DNA of 64,000 bases from Eledone cirrhosa (lineage: Eukaryota). Shown in pieces: positions 20,797 to 34,500 of this stretch. The notes under the pieces are model-generated. The model was given only the letters and a program-made list of their open reading frames with translations, was not told the origin of the DNA and made no database searches. Position 1 is the stretch's first letter; the number at the start of each line of letters is the position of its first letter. The stretch lies in the NCBI GenBank assembly GCA_964016885.1, contig OZ024741.1, positions 315,146,001 to 315,210,000 on the forward strand, in the 5' to 3' direction. Both the position numbers and the translations under genes were made by a program.

Positions 20797-23700
20797 CTAC
20801 AGGCGTATACTCAGAGCGGGCCCGTTCACTCAGACCAGATTCGCCACTTTCACCCTCCTTTCAACAAACTTACAAGAAGACAGCACTTGCCTCTCCACAC
20901 TGATTTTCCTCTTCAAGTGAAATTTGAAAAAGTTAATCAGGGATTCGCCGAAGAGGAAAGTGTCCGTCTTCAATACTTTCAGCCTTTTCCACCATACAAT
21001 CTCTTTCGCCATGGCCATCAGGCAGATTAAAACTGCCTGCCCTTCCTCCTCCTTAAAGGAGGACGGCGGGGCTATCTGCACAATGCACTCAGTCGATAAT
21101 CGGATCCGTTCTACATGCAACAGCAGCTGTTCGACATAGCTTCACAAGTCAGCAATCCTCAGGCACAGATGAGTGCGTGCAGCACGGTTTCGTAGCCCTG
21201 CGCACATCTTGGACAGGCTCGGCTGACAGCACCTCCGTACCTGTAGAGCTTATCCCGAACCGGCAACGCTCCCCGGTAGCACTGGCAGGCAGGGATTTCT
21301 GGAAAATGTCCATAGGCCCTGGGCTGAAAGTTCTCTTCAAGAGAGCAAACAGCTGATCGTCTTCGACGCCCAGGGTCTCCCCGAGAACGTCGTCACTCTT
21401 ACCCTCCACTAGCCCTCTATAGAACGCCAAGGTGGATGTTTAACCATTATTAGTGCCCAGCTGGTACAGGGCGGTGAGCGCTTGGAGACATTCCAGCTTC
21501 CAAGCACTATCCCTCGGTCTTTTTCTGATCCAGAATTGCAGCTCCGTCAAGGAGACGAGCTGGGGAAAAGTGCGTCTGGCGAACGGCAACCACACCTCTT
21601 CACCGTCAAGGAAGCACCAGAGATGTCGCAGCCTCAGCGCATGTTTGCCGCATCATCGGGCAATTTGCACCCAGTCCTCCACGCAACGGGTGCTGACAGC
21701 AGATGGATCGTTTGACCATGGGAGCACGTCCCTTTCACAAAAAGCGGGAAAGAATGCGCTCAATTTTGGTCAGAGTTGGACGGGGGCAAGGTACGACGGC
21801 CAGGCGGTAGCAGATGACGGACGCGATGTACGCATTCGCCACCTCTCCCGGCGTTTCAGAGACAGCCTCCTCTTAGCCCATTTCTGGGTGAGAGGAGCCA
21901 ACCTGCTCGTCACCTCGCTCCAGCTTTTCTCCATCTGGAGGTCCGGACCGAACCAGACCCCGAGCAATTTAACCGGTCCTTCCGTCCAGCGCCCCACGAC
22001 GCTGACAAACGGCATGGTTTTGCCTCTCCAGGTGACGAGTTGCAAGCCTACCGACTTTTCCTGGTTTATCTTTGCTCCTGTCACCGTATCGCATTCCCTG
22101 AGAGCGATTTCGAGCATCTGGGCATGTTTGGTGCTCGACACCACCACGGTGACATCGTCGGCGTAAGCCGACACGGATCTCCCGCATCCTAGTTCGAGAG
22201 GGACCCTCCTCATGGTCTCCAATTTGTGCAGTAATGGCTCGAGGGTCAGTGCGTACAAGAGGGACGAGAGGGGACAACCTTGGCGGACCGAGCGCATGAT
22301 GCTGAACGGCTGCTACAGGTGACTAGTCACCCTCACAATCGAGCAGATGTCGCTGTGCATGGCAGCGATCCAGCCTCTAAAAACGGACTGCAGTCAGGTA
22401 CCGATGGTCGATCCTATCAAATGCTTTAGATTGATCCAAGTGGTAAGAGCCCCACCTGTGCCAGATTCCTTAACCACCCTCTTTATGATGTATCGCATGA
22501 GATGGATGTTGTCGTGATGGATCTGTCCGGAATGGCGGAACACCTTGGCCAAAATCTTGAACTCTGTGTTTAGTAGAGTTATGGGCCTGAAGTTTTCTAT
22601 AGCGTCCCATTTGTTCAGTTTTTTTCTCAGCAGCGCCACCGCTCTCCGGCTCATAAAACTGGGAGTGCTTCCGTTCTGCTGCCAGTTGCAGTATACGTGT
22701 GCCAAGAGGTCGCGGAACAAATCTGGGATGTACGCATAAAGCTCGTAGGGTAGACATTCCAAACCAGGCGATTTACCCCTCGTGCAGTTAGACATCGCTT
22801 CCCGTATTTCACCTGCTACTATCGGCTTTTCGCAGAACTGCGATGCGGTCGCCGAGAGCCGCGGCAATCCGTCGAGGTATGCACTGAAGTCCATGCTCCG
22901 ATCCAGCCCGCCGCCGCCCCCGAACAATCGAGCAAAGTGCTATTGAAAAGCCGTTCACTTCTGCTCGCGTTCGAGCAATATGCTTTCGTCTTCTCGTGTC
23001 TCAGAGCATGCGCTCTAGCTCTGACAAGGCACCCTTCATGCTTTGCGTTGAAGAATTGGTCGAGTGCCAATCTCGCAGCAAGCACATCGGTTGCGATGCC
23101 TGTCCTAAACGCCTCTTTTAGCTTTCTAACTAGCCCTCCCTCTACTCTATTTTCCTCTATCACTACTCCTTTGCTAAACCTTATCGATTCTACTCTAATA
23201 GCCCTTTTCAGGGTAAACCAACATCTGTTGCTGACGATCACACACGTGAACGCACGCTTGACTAATTCGCTTATCTGGTCTATGTTTGCTTGGCGCGACG
23301 AGAAAGAGGCGTTCGGCTTCCAATAACCGGGCACTTGCCTATGGAGTCTATTTAAGTCAACCTAATAGGTCACGAATTTGTGGTGTAGTCGACTACTTTA
23401 AATTGTGGACAACTTACACTAGCCTGATCTGTTTCCCTACAGAATAACCTATCTAAATACGATCTGGATGACCACATTGGTACATTCGGATAATCCAGTC
23501 GATACCTGTCAGACAGTTCACAACGTCTGAGCAGGATGTTGAGGCTTTTACTAGCCCCACATAATCCCAGTTGCCCACTAACACTAAAGAGCGGGACGTT
23601 CCAAGAAAGGTCTCGAGACATCTGAAGAAATCTTGCCGTCCTGCTCCCGTTGGGACGTAGACGCTACTAGACTGAGTGCATTTCCTTCTCTGCCGGTCAC

Positions 23701-23992
23701 GTCCAGCACCACCGACTTACCTTCTGGGTCCAGGAATATGGCCCGTATGGCGAGATCGAAGCCTCTCTGAAAAAGCACAGCAACCCCCCCCCCCCCTATC
23801 CTGGACGGCTGGGAGATGCGTATACATCGTAGCCGCCGATGATCGGTGCGAAGGTTCGTGCTTCGGAGATTCTGGTCTCGCTGATTGGCACCACATCTAT
23901 GTTTAGTGACCTGAAGTCGTTGAGCAGGTGACCATGCTTCCGAGATAACCCAGGCCACGTGCATTTATGCTGCCTCTTCTAAGTACGGCCAT
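20797..23992 (-). pseudogene. Tx1 ORF2 remnant, type B
   Basis: Start MAVLRRGSINARGL, with RQGCPLSS, SAYADDVT and ENFRPITLLN motifs. Several small deletions and frameshifts. Confidence 0.9.
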
Positions 23993-24024
23993 GTTGGATG
24001 AGGAACGTGGCAAGTGAGAAAGGA

Positions 24025-25713
24025 TCACTTATCTTGATCGTGTGGGGAAGGGACAGTATAACCGTACCCTCGGCTGGTCAAGTGTGCCTCCAAGACGAAA
24101 TCTTTGTAGATTCTTTTGGAGAGTGACCCCCTGAAATCCCCAACTGCGTTAGGGAATATTTGTTTTAATTGTTTGTAGTTTTCGAGTTCAATTTCTACAA
24201 TGTTAATGTTTTTTTGGTAATGTTCTTGGTGTTGGTGGTGTGTGGTAATTTACGTCTGAAATATGGATGTTGTGTTTTATGTGTTCCATTAGTCATTGGT
24301 GTGCAATGATTATGGCTGTGTACTTTTGGGGGGAGGGGTGGTTTAGTTGCTGTTTTCTTGTTGTTGCTGTTGTGTATGTGCGGTTTGTTGTGTTTGTGAT
24401 GTTGGTGTTTTTGATGATGCTGGTGGTAGTGTGGTTGTTGTTGGTGGTGATGGTGATTTTGGTGGTTTTGCTGCTAGTCTCCTTGCAGTCTTTATTCTTC
24501 TTTCTTTGCCTTCGCTTTTTGGGGGGAGGAGCTGTCGTGTTCTGTCGTTTTTTTTGTTGTTGTTGTTAACCGCTTTGCACTCCTCAGCCGCCTCATACTC
24601 CATGTCCGACTGTGAGAGTTTGGGGAGGGGTATGAGTTCTACCCTCCCATTTGTCTTTGTTGTTGTTGGTGGTGGTGGAGGAGCCTGGTTTTCCGCTCCT
24701 GGCACAGGTGCAGCTAGTGCATCTGTTTATGTTGCTGCAACTGCCGTCGCTGTTTTTGTTGTCCGTGTCTTTCTTGTGGGTGTCACGGACGTTGTCTTCC
24801 TATTCTCTGTAGAAGCTCCCGACATTTTCGCAGACTACTCTGTTTCTGATGGCAGCGGTACCGGGGTTGGAACGAGGGTGGCCTTGGCCTTTGTTATTTT
24901 CTGTGGTCAGAAAGCTCTGAGGTGAGACTTTGATACACAGTTCAAGCATTTTGGGCGCCTTCCTTCAACAGATATGGGAAGTTGGGAACCATTCCCGAGG
25001 TCTACTACGTTGGGAATAGCGCTGATGCAGTCTTGGTCGGTTTGGATTAGCATCTCCATTCCAATACCGGACCAGTCCTCTCTCTCCAACTTCTGTACCT
25101 ACAGAATAGTTGTTCTTTCTTCGATGCCCACAAGAACAGACACGACCAGCCAAGGAACAGGTACGTAGAGCGGGACATGGGTTACCCTGACCTTTGCAGT
25201 TTTTTCCCCGCAGTAAAACGGGACTAACGTTATGTCATCACCCCGTAGGCTCCTCAGTGAGTGAGATTTTGCTTCCTGGGTGGTAGCAAAAAGGACTTCC
25301 ACAGTAGCATATTTATTGCCACGGGTGATGTGGGTTTTCCGTGTCCACACAGTTCCCAAGGCCTTCTGGATTTGGGCATCCGAGGCTCTCTCCACACGAG
25401 GGGATTTCGTGGCAATCGTGAGGTACGACACTGGGCGTCGCTCTTGTTCCACCAGGAAGTCGATTGGTGGTTTCAAGGACATTGAAAATTCAGTTCTGGT
25501 TACCATGTGTCTTGCGACCGCCGTCTCCTCCTCTGTGACCAGGACTGTTTCTACGTTGCGAGCCTCCTTTGTAATAGAGGTGGTCTCTTTTTCAGTGGCG
25601 TCATTGTTGCCACCGTTAATGTTGCAAATGCACTTGTTGTTGGTGGTGATGTTGTTGTTGTTAATACTGCTACAAACGGTGTTGTTGGTGTTGCTGCTGC
25701 TGCCGCCGCTACT
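24025..25713 (-). pseudogene. Tx1 ORF1 remnant, type Z (non-satellite part)
   Basis: RVERASDAQIQKALG, KYATVEVLF and CLNCVSKSHLRAF*, with premature stops at 25099 and 24907. Confidence 0.85.
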
Positions 25714-28700
25714 GCTACAACAGATGTTATTGTTAATACTGCCGCTGCTGCTGTTGCTATTGCTACAACAGATGTTATTGTTAATACTGCCGCTGATGCT
25801 GTTGCTACTGCTGCAACAGATGTTATTGTTAATACTGCCGCTGATGCTGTTGCTATTGCTGCAACAGATGTTATTGTTAATACTGCCGCTGATGCTGTTG
25901 CTATTGCTACAACAGATGTTATTGTTAATACTGCCGCTGATGCTGTTGCTATTGCTACAACAGATGTTATTGTTAATACTGCCGCTGATGCTGTTGCTAT
26001 TGCTACCACAGGTGTTATTGTTAATACTGCCGCTGCTGCTGTTGCTATTGCTACAACAGATGTTATTGTTAATACTGCCGCTGCTGCTGTTGCTATTGCT
26101 ACAACAGATGTTATTGTTAATACTGCCGCTGATGCTGTTGCTATTGCTGCAACAGATGTTATTGTTAATACTGCCGCTGATGCTGTTGCTATTGCTACAA
26201 CAGATGTTATTGTTAATACTGCTGCTGATGCTGTTGCTATTGCTACAACAGATGTTATTGTTAATACTGCCGCTGATGCTGTTGCTATTGCTGCAACAGA
26301 GGTTATTTTTAATACTGCCGCCGCTGCTGTTGCTATTGCTACAACATATGTTATTGTTAATACTGCCGCTGATGCTGTTGCTATTGCTACAACAGATGTT
26401 ATTGTTAATACTGCCGCTGATGCTGTTGCTATTGCTACAACAGATGTTATTGTTAATACTGCCGCTGCTGTTGTTGCTATTGCTACAACAGATGTTATTG
26501 TTAATACTGCCGCTGCTGCTGTTGCTACTGCTGCAACAGATGTTATTGTTAATACTGCCGCTGATGATGTTGCTATTGCTGCAACAGATGTTATTGTTAA
26601 TACTGCCGCTGATGCTGTTGCTATTGCTACAACAGATGTTATTGTTAATACTGCCGTTGATGCTGTTGCTATTGCTACAACAGATGTTATTGTTAATACT
26701 GCCGCTGATGCTGTTGCTACTGCTGCAACAGATGTTATTGTTAATACTGCCGCTGATGCTGTTGCTATTGCTACAACAGATGTTATTGTTAATACTGCCG
26801 CTGCTGCTGTTGCTATTGCTACAACAGATGTTATTGTTAGTACTGCCGCTGATGCTGTTGCTATTGCTGCAACAGATGTTATTGTTAATACTGCCGCTGA
26901 TGCTGTTGCTATTGCTACAACAGATGTTATTGTTAATACTGCTGCTGATGCTTTTGCTATTGCTACAACAGATGTTATTGTTAATACTGCGGCTGATGCT
27001 GTTGCTATTGCTGCAACAGAGGTTATTGTTAATACTGCCGCCGCTGCTGTTGCTATTGCTACAACAGATGTTATTGTTAATACTGCCGCTGATGCTGTTG
27101 CTATTGCTACAACAGATGTTATTGTTAATACTGCCGCTGATGCTGATGCTATTGCTACAACAGATGTTATTGTTAATACTGCCGCTGCTGTTGTTGCTAT
27201 TGCTACAACAGATGTTATTGTTAATACTGTCGCTGCTGCTGTTGCTATTGCTACAACAAATGTTATTGTTAATACTGCCGCTGCTGCTGTTGCTATTGCT
27301 ACAACAGATGTTATTGTTAATACTGCCGCTGATGCTGTTGCTATTGCTACAACAGATGTTATTGTTAATACTGCCGCTGATGCTGTTGCTATTGCTACAA
27401 CAGATGTTATTATTAATACCGCCGCTGATGTTGTTGCTATTGCTACCACAGGTGTTATTGTTAATACTGCCGCTGCTGCTGTTGCTATTGCTACAACAGA
27501 TGTTATTGTTAATACTGCCGCTGATGCTGTTGCTACTGCTGCAACAGATGTTATTGTTAATACTGCCGCTGATGCTGTTGCTATTGCTGCAACAGATGTT
27601 ATTGTTAATACTGCCGCTGATGCTGTTGCTATTGCTACAACAGATGTTATTGTTAATACTGCCGCTGCTGCTGTTGCTATTGCTACAACAGATGTTATTG
27701 TTAATACTGCCGCTGATGCTGTTGCTATTGCTGCAACAGATGTTATTGTTAATACTGCCGCTGATGCTGTTGCTATTGCTACAACAGATGTTATTGTTAA
27801 TACTGCTGCTGATGCTGTTGCTATTGCTACAACAGATGTTATTGTTAATACTGCCGCTGATGCTGTTGCTATTGCTGCAACAGAGGTTATTGTTAGTACT
27901 GCCGCCGCTGCTGTTGCTATTGCTACAACAGATGTTATTGTTAATACTGCCGCTGATGCTGTTGCTATTGCTACAACAGATGTTATTGTTAATACTGCCG
28001 CTGATGCTGATGCTATTGCTACAACAGATGTTATTGTTAATACTGCCGCTGCTGTTGTTGCTATTGCTACAACAGATGTTATTGTTAATACTGTCGCTGC
28101 TGCTGTTGCTATTGCTACAACAGATGTTATTGTTAATACTGCCGCTGCTGTTGTTGCAATTGCTACAACAGATGTTATTGTTAATACTGCCGCTGCTGCT
28201 GTTGCTATTGCTACAACAAATGTTATTGTTAATACTGCCGCTGCTGCTGTTGCTATTGCTACAACAGATGTTATTGTTAATACTGCCGCTGATGCTGTTG
28301 CTATTGCTACAACAGATGTTATTGTTAATACTGCCGCTGATGCTGTTGCTATTGCTACAACAGATGTTATTATTAATACTGCCACTGATGTTGTTGCTAT
28401 TGCTACCACAGGTGTTATTGTTAATACTGCCGCTGCTGCTGTTGCTATTGCTACAACAGATGTTATTGTTAATTCTGCCGCTGATGCTGTTGCTACTGCT
28501 GCAACAGATGTTATTGTTAATACTGCCGCTGATGCTGTTGCTATTGCTGCAAAAGATGTTATTGTTAATACTGCCGCTGATGCTGTTGCTATTGCTACAA
28601 CAGATGTTATTGTTAATACTGCCGCTGATGCTGTTGCTATTGCTACAACAGATGTTATTGTTAATACTGCCGCTGATGCTGTTGCTATTGCTACCACAGG

Positions 28701-29068
28701 TGTTATTGTTAATACTGCCGCTGCTGCTGTTGCTATTGCTACAACAGATGTTATTGTTAATACTGCCGCTGCTGCTGTTGCTATTGCTACAACAGATGTT
28801 ATTGTTAATACTGCCGCTGATGCTGTTGCTATTGCTGCAACAGATGTTATTGTTAATACTGCCGCTGCTGCTGTTGCTATTGCTACAACAGATGTTATTG
28901 TTAATACTGCTGCTGATGCTGTTGCTATTGCTACAACAGATGTTATTTTTAATACTGCCGCTGATGCTGTTGCTATTGCTGCAACAGAGGTTATTGTTAA
29001 TACTGCCGCCGCTGCTGTTGCTATTGCTACAACAGATGTTATTGTTAATACTGCCGCTGATGCTGTTA

Positions 29069-31507
29069 CTATTGCTACAACAGATGTTATTGTTAATACT
29101 GCCGCTGATGCTGTTGCTATTGCTACAACAGATGTTATTGTTAATACTGCCGCTGCTGTTGTTGCTATTGCTACAACAGATGCTATTGTTAATACTGCCG
29201 CTGCTGCTGTTGCTGTTGCTACAACAAATGTTATTGTTAATACTGCCGCTGCTGCTGTTGCTATTGCTACAACAGATGTTATTGTTAATACTGCCGCTGA
29301 TGCTGTTGCTATTGCTACAACAGATGTTATTGTTAATACTGCCGCTGATGCTGTTGCTATTTCTACAACAGATGTTATTATTAATACTGCCGCTGATGTT
29401 GTTGCTATTGCTACCACAGGTGTTATTGTTAATACTGCCGCTGCTGCTGTTGCTATTGCTACAACAGATGTTATTGTTAATACTGCCGCTGATGCTGTTG
29501 CTACTGCTGCAACAGATGTTATTGTTAATACTGCCGCTGATGCTGTTGCTATTGCTGCAACAGATGTTATTGTTAATACTGCCGCTGATGCTGTTGCTAT
29601 TGCTACAACAGATGTTATTGTTAATACTGCCGCTGATGCTGTTGCTATTGCTACAACAGATGTTATTGTTAATACTGCCGATGATGCTGTTGCTATTGCT
29701 ACCACAGGTGTTATTGCTAATACTGCCGTTGCTGCTGTTGCTATTGCTACAACAGATGTTATTGTTAATACTGCCGCTGCTGCTGTTGCTATTGCTACAA
29801 CAGATGTTATTGTTAATACTGCCGCTGATGCTGTTGCTATTGCTGCAACAGATGTTATTGTTAATACTGCCGCTGCTGCTTTTGCTATTGCTACAACAGA
29901 TGTTATTGTTAATACTGCTGCTGATGCTGTTGCTATTGCTACAACAGATGTTATTGTTAATACTGCCGCTGATGCTGTTGCTATTGCTACCACAGGTGTT
30001 ATTGCTAATACTGCCGTTGCTGCTGTTGCTATTGCTACAACAGATGTTATTGTTAATACTGCCGCTGATGCTGTTGCTATTGCTACAACAGATGTTATTG
30101 TTAATACTGCCGCTGATGCTGTTGCTATTGCTGCAACAGAGGTTATTGTTAATACTGCCGCCGCTGCTGTTGCTATTGCTACAACAGATGTTATTGTTAA
30201 TACTGCCGCTGATGCTGTTGCTATTGCTACAACAGATGTTATTGTTAATACTGCCGCTGATGCTGTTGCTATTGCTACAACAGATGTTATTGTTAATACT
30301 GCCGCTGATGCTGTTGCTATTGCTACAACAGATGTTATTGTTAATACTGCCGCTGCTGTTGTTGCTATTGCTACAACAGATGCTATTGTTAATACTGCCG
30401 CTGCTGCTGTTGCTGTTGCTACAACAAATGTTATTGTTAATACTGCCGCTGCTGCTGTTGCTATTGCTACAACAGATGTTATTGTTAATACTGCCGCTGA
30501 TGCTGTTGCTATTGCTACAACAGATGTTATTGTTAATACTGCCGCTGATGCTGTTGCTATTTCTACAACAGATGTTATTATTAATACTGCCGCTGATGTT
30601 GTTGCTATTGCTACCACAGGTGTTATTGTTAATACTGCCGCTGCTGCTGTTGCTATTGCTACAACAGATGTTATTGTTAATACTGCCGCTGATGCTGTTG
30701 CTACTGCTGCAACAGATGTTATTGTTAATACTGCCGCTGATGCTGTTGCTATTGCTGCAACAGATGTTATTGTTAATACTGCCGCTGATGCTGTTGCTAT
30801 TGCTACAACAGATGTTATTGTTAATACTGCCGCTGATGCTGTTGCTATTGCTACAACAGATGTTATTGTTAATACTGCCGATGATGCTGTTGCTATTGCT
30901 ACCACAGGTGTTATTGCTAATACTGCCGTTGCTGCTGTTGCTATTGCTACAACAGATGTTATTGTTAATACTGCCGCTGCTGCTGTTGCTATTGCTACAA
31001 CAGATGTTATTGTTAATACTGCCGCTGATGCTGTTGCTATTGCTGCAACAGATGTTATTGTTAATACTGCCGCTGCTGCTTTTGCTATTGCTACAACAGA
31101 TGTTATTGTTAATACTGCTGCTGATGCTGTTGCTATTGCTACAACAGATGTTATTGTTAATACTGCCGCTGATGCTGTTGCTATTGCTACCACAGGTGTT
31201 ATTGCTAATACTGCCGTTGCTGCTGTTGCTATTGCTACAACAGATGTTATTGTTAATACTGCCGCTGATGCTGTTGCTATTGCTACAACAGATGTTATTG
31301 TTAATACTGCCGCTGATGCTGTTGCTATTGCTGCAACAGAGGTTATTGTTAATACTGCCGCCGCTGCTGTTGCTATTGCTACAACAGATGTTATTGTTAA
31401 TACTGCCGCTGATGCTGTTGCTATTGCTACAACAGATGTTATTGTTAATACTGCCGCTGATGCTGTTGCTATTGCTACAACAGATGTTATTGTTAATACT
31501 GCCGCTG
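29069..31507. repeat. 1200-bp (25-unit) tandem duplication within the satellite
   Basis: Lines 29101-30300 match 30301-31500, including the rare variants atttctaca and gctgttgctacaacaaat. Confidence 0.9.
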
Positions 31508-34500
31508 CTGTTGTTGCTATTGCTACAACAGATGTTATTGTTAATACTGCCGCTGCTGCTGTTGCTATTGCTACAACAAATGTTATTGTTAATACTGCCG
31601 CTGCTGCTGTTGCTATTGCTACAACAGATGTTATTGTTAATACTGCCGCTGATGCTGTTGCTATTGCTACAACAGATGTTATTGTTAATACTGCCGCTGA
31701 TGCTGTGGCTATTGCTACAACAGATGTTATTATTAATACTGCCGCTGATGTTGTTGCTATTGCTACCACAGGTGTTATTGTTAATACTGCCGCTGCTGCT
31801 GTTGTTATTGCTACAACAGATATTATTGTTAATACTGCCGCTGATGTTGTTGCTATTGCTACCACAGGTATTATTGTTAATACTGCCGCTGATGCTGTTG
31901 CTATTGCTACAACAGATGTTATTGTTAATACTGCCGCTGATGCTGTTGCTATTGCTACAACAGATGTTATTGTTAATACTGCCGCTGATGCTGTTGCTAT
32001 TGCTACAACAGATGTTATTGTTAATACTGCCGCTGCTGCTGTTGCTATTGCTGCAAAAGAGGTTATTGTTAATACTGCCGCCGCTGCTGTTGCTATTGCT
32101 ACAACAGATGTTATTGTTAATACTGCCGATGATGCTGTTGCTATTGCTACAACAGATGTTATTGTTAATACTGCCGCTGATGCTGTTGCTATTGCTGCAA
32201 CAGAGGTTATTGTTAATACTGCCGCTGATGCTGTTGCTATTGCTACAACAGATGTTATTGTTAATAATGCCGCTGCTGTTGTTGCTATTGCTACAACAGA
32301 TGTTATTGTTAATACTGCCGCTGATGCTGTTGCTATTGCTACAACAGATGTTATTATTAATACTGCCGCTGATGCTGTTGCTATTGCTACAACAAATGTT
32401 ATTGTTAATACTGCCGCTGCTGCTGTTGCTATTGCTACAACAGATGTTATTGTTAATACTGCCGCTGATGCTGTTGCTATTGCTACAACAGATGTTATTG
32501 TTAATACTGCCGCTGATGCTGTTGCTATTGCTACAACAGATGTTATTATTAATACTGCCGCTGATGTTGTTGCTATTGCTACCACAGGTGTTATTGTTAA
32601 TACTGCCGCTGCTGCTGTTGCTATTGCTACAACAGATGTTATTGTTAATACTGGCGCTGCTCTTGTTGCTATTGCTACAACAGATGTTATTGTTAATACT
32701 GCCGCTGATGCTGTTGCTATTGCTACAACAGATGTTATTATTAATACTGCCGCTGATGCTGTTGCTATTGCTACAACAGATGTTATTATTAATACTGCCG
32801 CTGATGTTGTTGCTATTGCTACCACAGGTGTTATTGTTAATACTGCCGCTGCTGCTGTTGCTATTGCTACAACAGATGTTATTGTTAATACTGGCGCTGC
32901 TCTTGTTGCTATTGCTACAACAGATGTTATTGTTAATACTGCCGCTGATGCTGTTGCTATTGCTACAACAGATGTTATTGTTAATACTGCCGCTGATGCT
33001 GTTGCTATTGCTACAACAGATGTTATTATTAATACTGCCGCTGATGTTGTTGCTATTGCTACCACAGGTGTTATTGTTAATACTGCCGCTGCTGCTGTTG
33101 CTATTGCTACAACAGATGTTATTGTTAATACTGGCGCTGCTCTTGTTGCTATTGCTACAACAGATGTTATTGTTAATACAGCCGCTGATGCTGTTGCTAT
33201 TGCTACAACAGATGTTATTATTAATACTGCCGCTGATGTTGTTGCTATTGCTACCACAGGTGTTATTGTTAATACTGCCGCTGCTGCTGTTGTTATTGCT
33301 ACAACAGATGTTATTGTTAATACTGCCGCTGCTGCTGTTGCTATTGCTACCACAGGTGTTATTGTTAATACTGCCGCTGCTGCTGTTGCTATTGCTACCA
33401 CAGGTGTTATTGTTAATACTGCCGCTGCTGCTGTTGCTATTGCTACCACAGGTGTTATTGTTAATACTGCCGCTGATGCTGTTGCTATTGCTACAACAGA
33501 TGTTATTGTTAATACTGCCGCTGCTGCTGTTGCTATTGCTACCACAGGTGTTATTGTTAATACTGCCGCTGCTGCTGTTGCTATTGCTACCACACGTGTT
33601 ATTGTTAATACTGCCGCTGCTGCTGTTGCTATTGCTACCACAGGTGTTATTGTTAATACTGCCGCTGCTGCTGTTGCTATTGCTACCACAGGTGTTATTG
33701 TTAATACTGCCGCTGATGCTGTTGCTATTGCTACAACAGATGTTATTGTTAATACTGCCGCTGATGCTGTTGCTATTGCTACAACAGATGTTATTGTTAA
33801 TACTGCCGCTGATGCTGTTGCTATTGCTACAACAGATGTTATTGTTAATACTGCCGCTGATGCTGTTGCTATTGCTACAACAGATGTTATTGTTAATACT
33901 GACGCTGATGCTGTTGCTATTGCTACCACAGGTGTTATTGTTAATACTGCCGCTGCTGCTGTTGCTATTGCTACAACAGATGTTATTGTTAATACTGCCG
34001 CTGATGCTGTTGCTATTGCTACAACAGATGTTATTGTTAATACTGCCGCTGCTGCTGTTGTTATTGCTACAACAGATGTTATTGTTAATACTGCCGCTGC
34101 TGCTGTTGTTATTGCTACAACAGATGTTATTGTTAATACTGCCGCTGCTGCTGTTGTTATTGCTACAACAGATGTTATTGTTAATACTGCCGCTGATGCT
34201 GTTGCTATTGCTACAACAGATGTTATTGTTAATACTGCCGCTGCTGCTGTTGTTATTGCTACAACAGATGTTATTGTTAATACTGCCGCTGCTGCTGTTG
34301 TTATTGCTACAACAGATGTTATTGTTAATACTGCCGCTGCTGCTGTTGTTATTGCTACAACAGATGTTATTGTTAATACTGCCGCTGCTGCTGTTGTTAT
34401 TGCTACAACAGATGTTATTGTTAATACTGCCGCTGATGCTGTTGCTATTGCTACAACAGATGTTATTGTTAATACTGCCGCTGATGCTGTTGCTATTGCT

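Noticed and set aside
1-25700. an intact, active retrotransposon or LTR element
   Set aside because: Every ORF2 has stops, frameshifts or deletions. The repeated segments are LINE 3' ends and 5' UTRs, and no LTR, primer-binding site or integrase was seen.
1-25700. telomeric retrotransposon array (HeT-A/TART or SART/TRAS type)
   Set aside because: The head-to-tail polarity is suggestive, but there are no TTAGGG or TTAGG repeats, the copies are decayed, and chromosome position is unknown.
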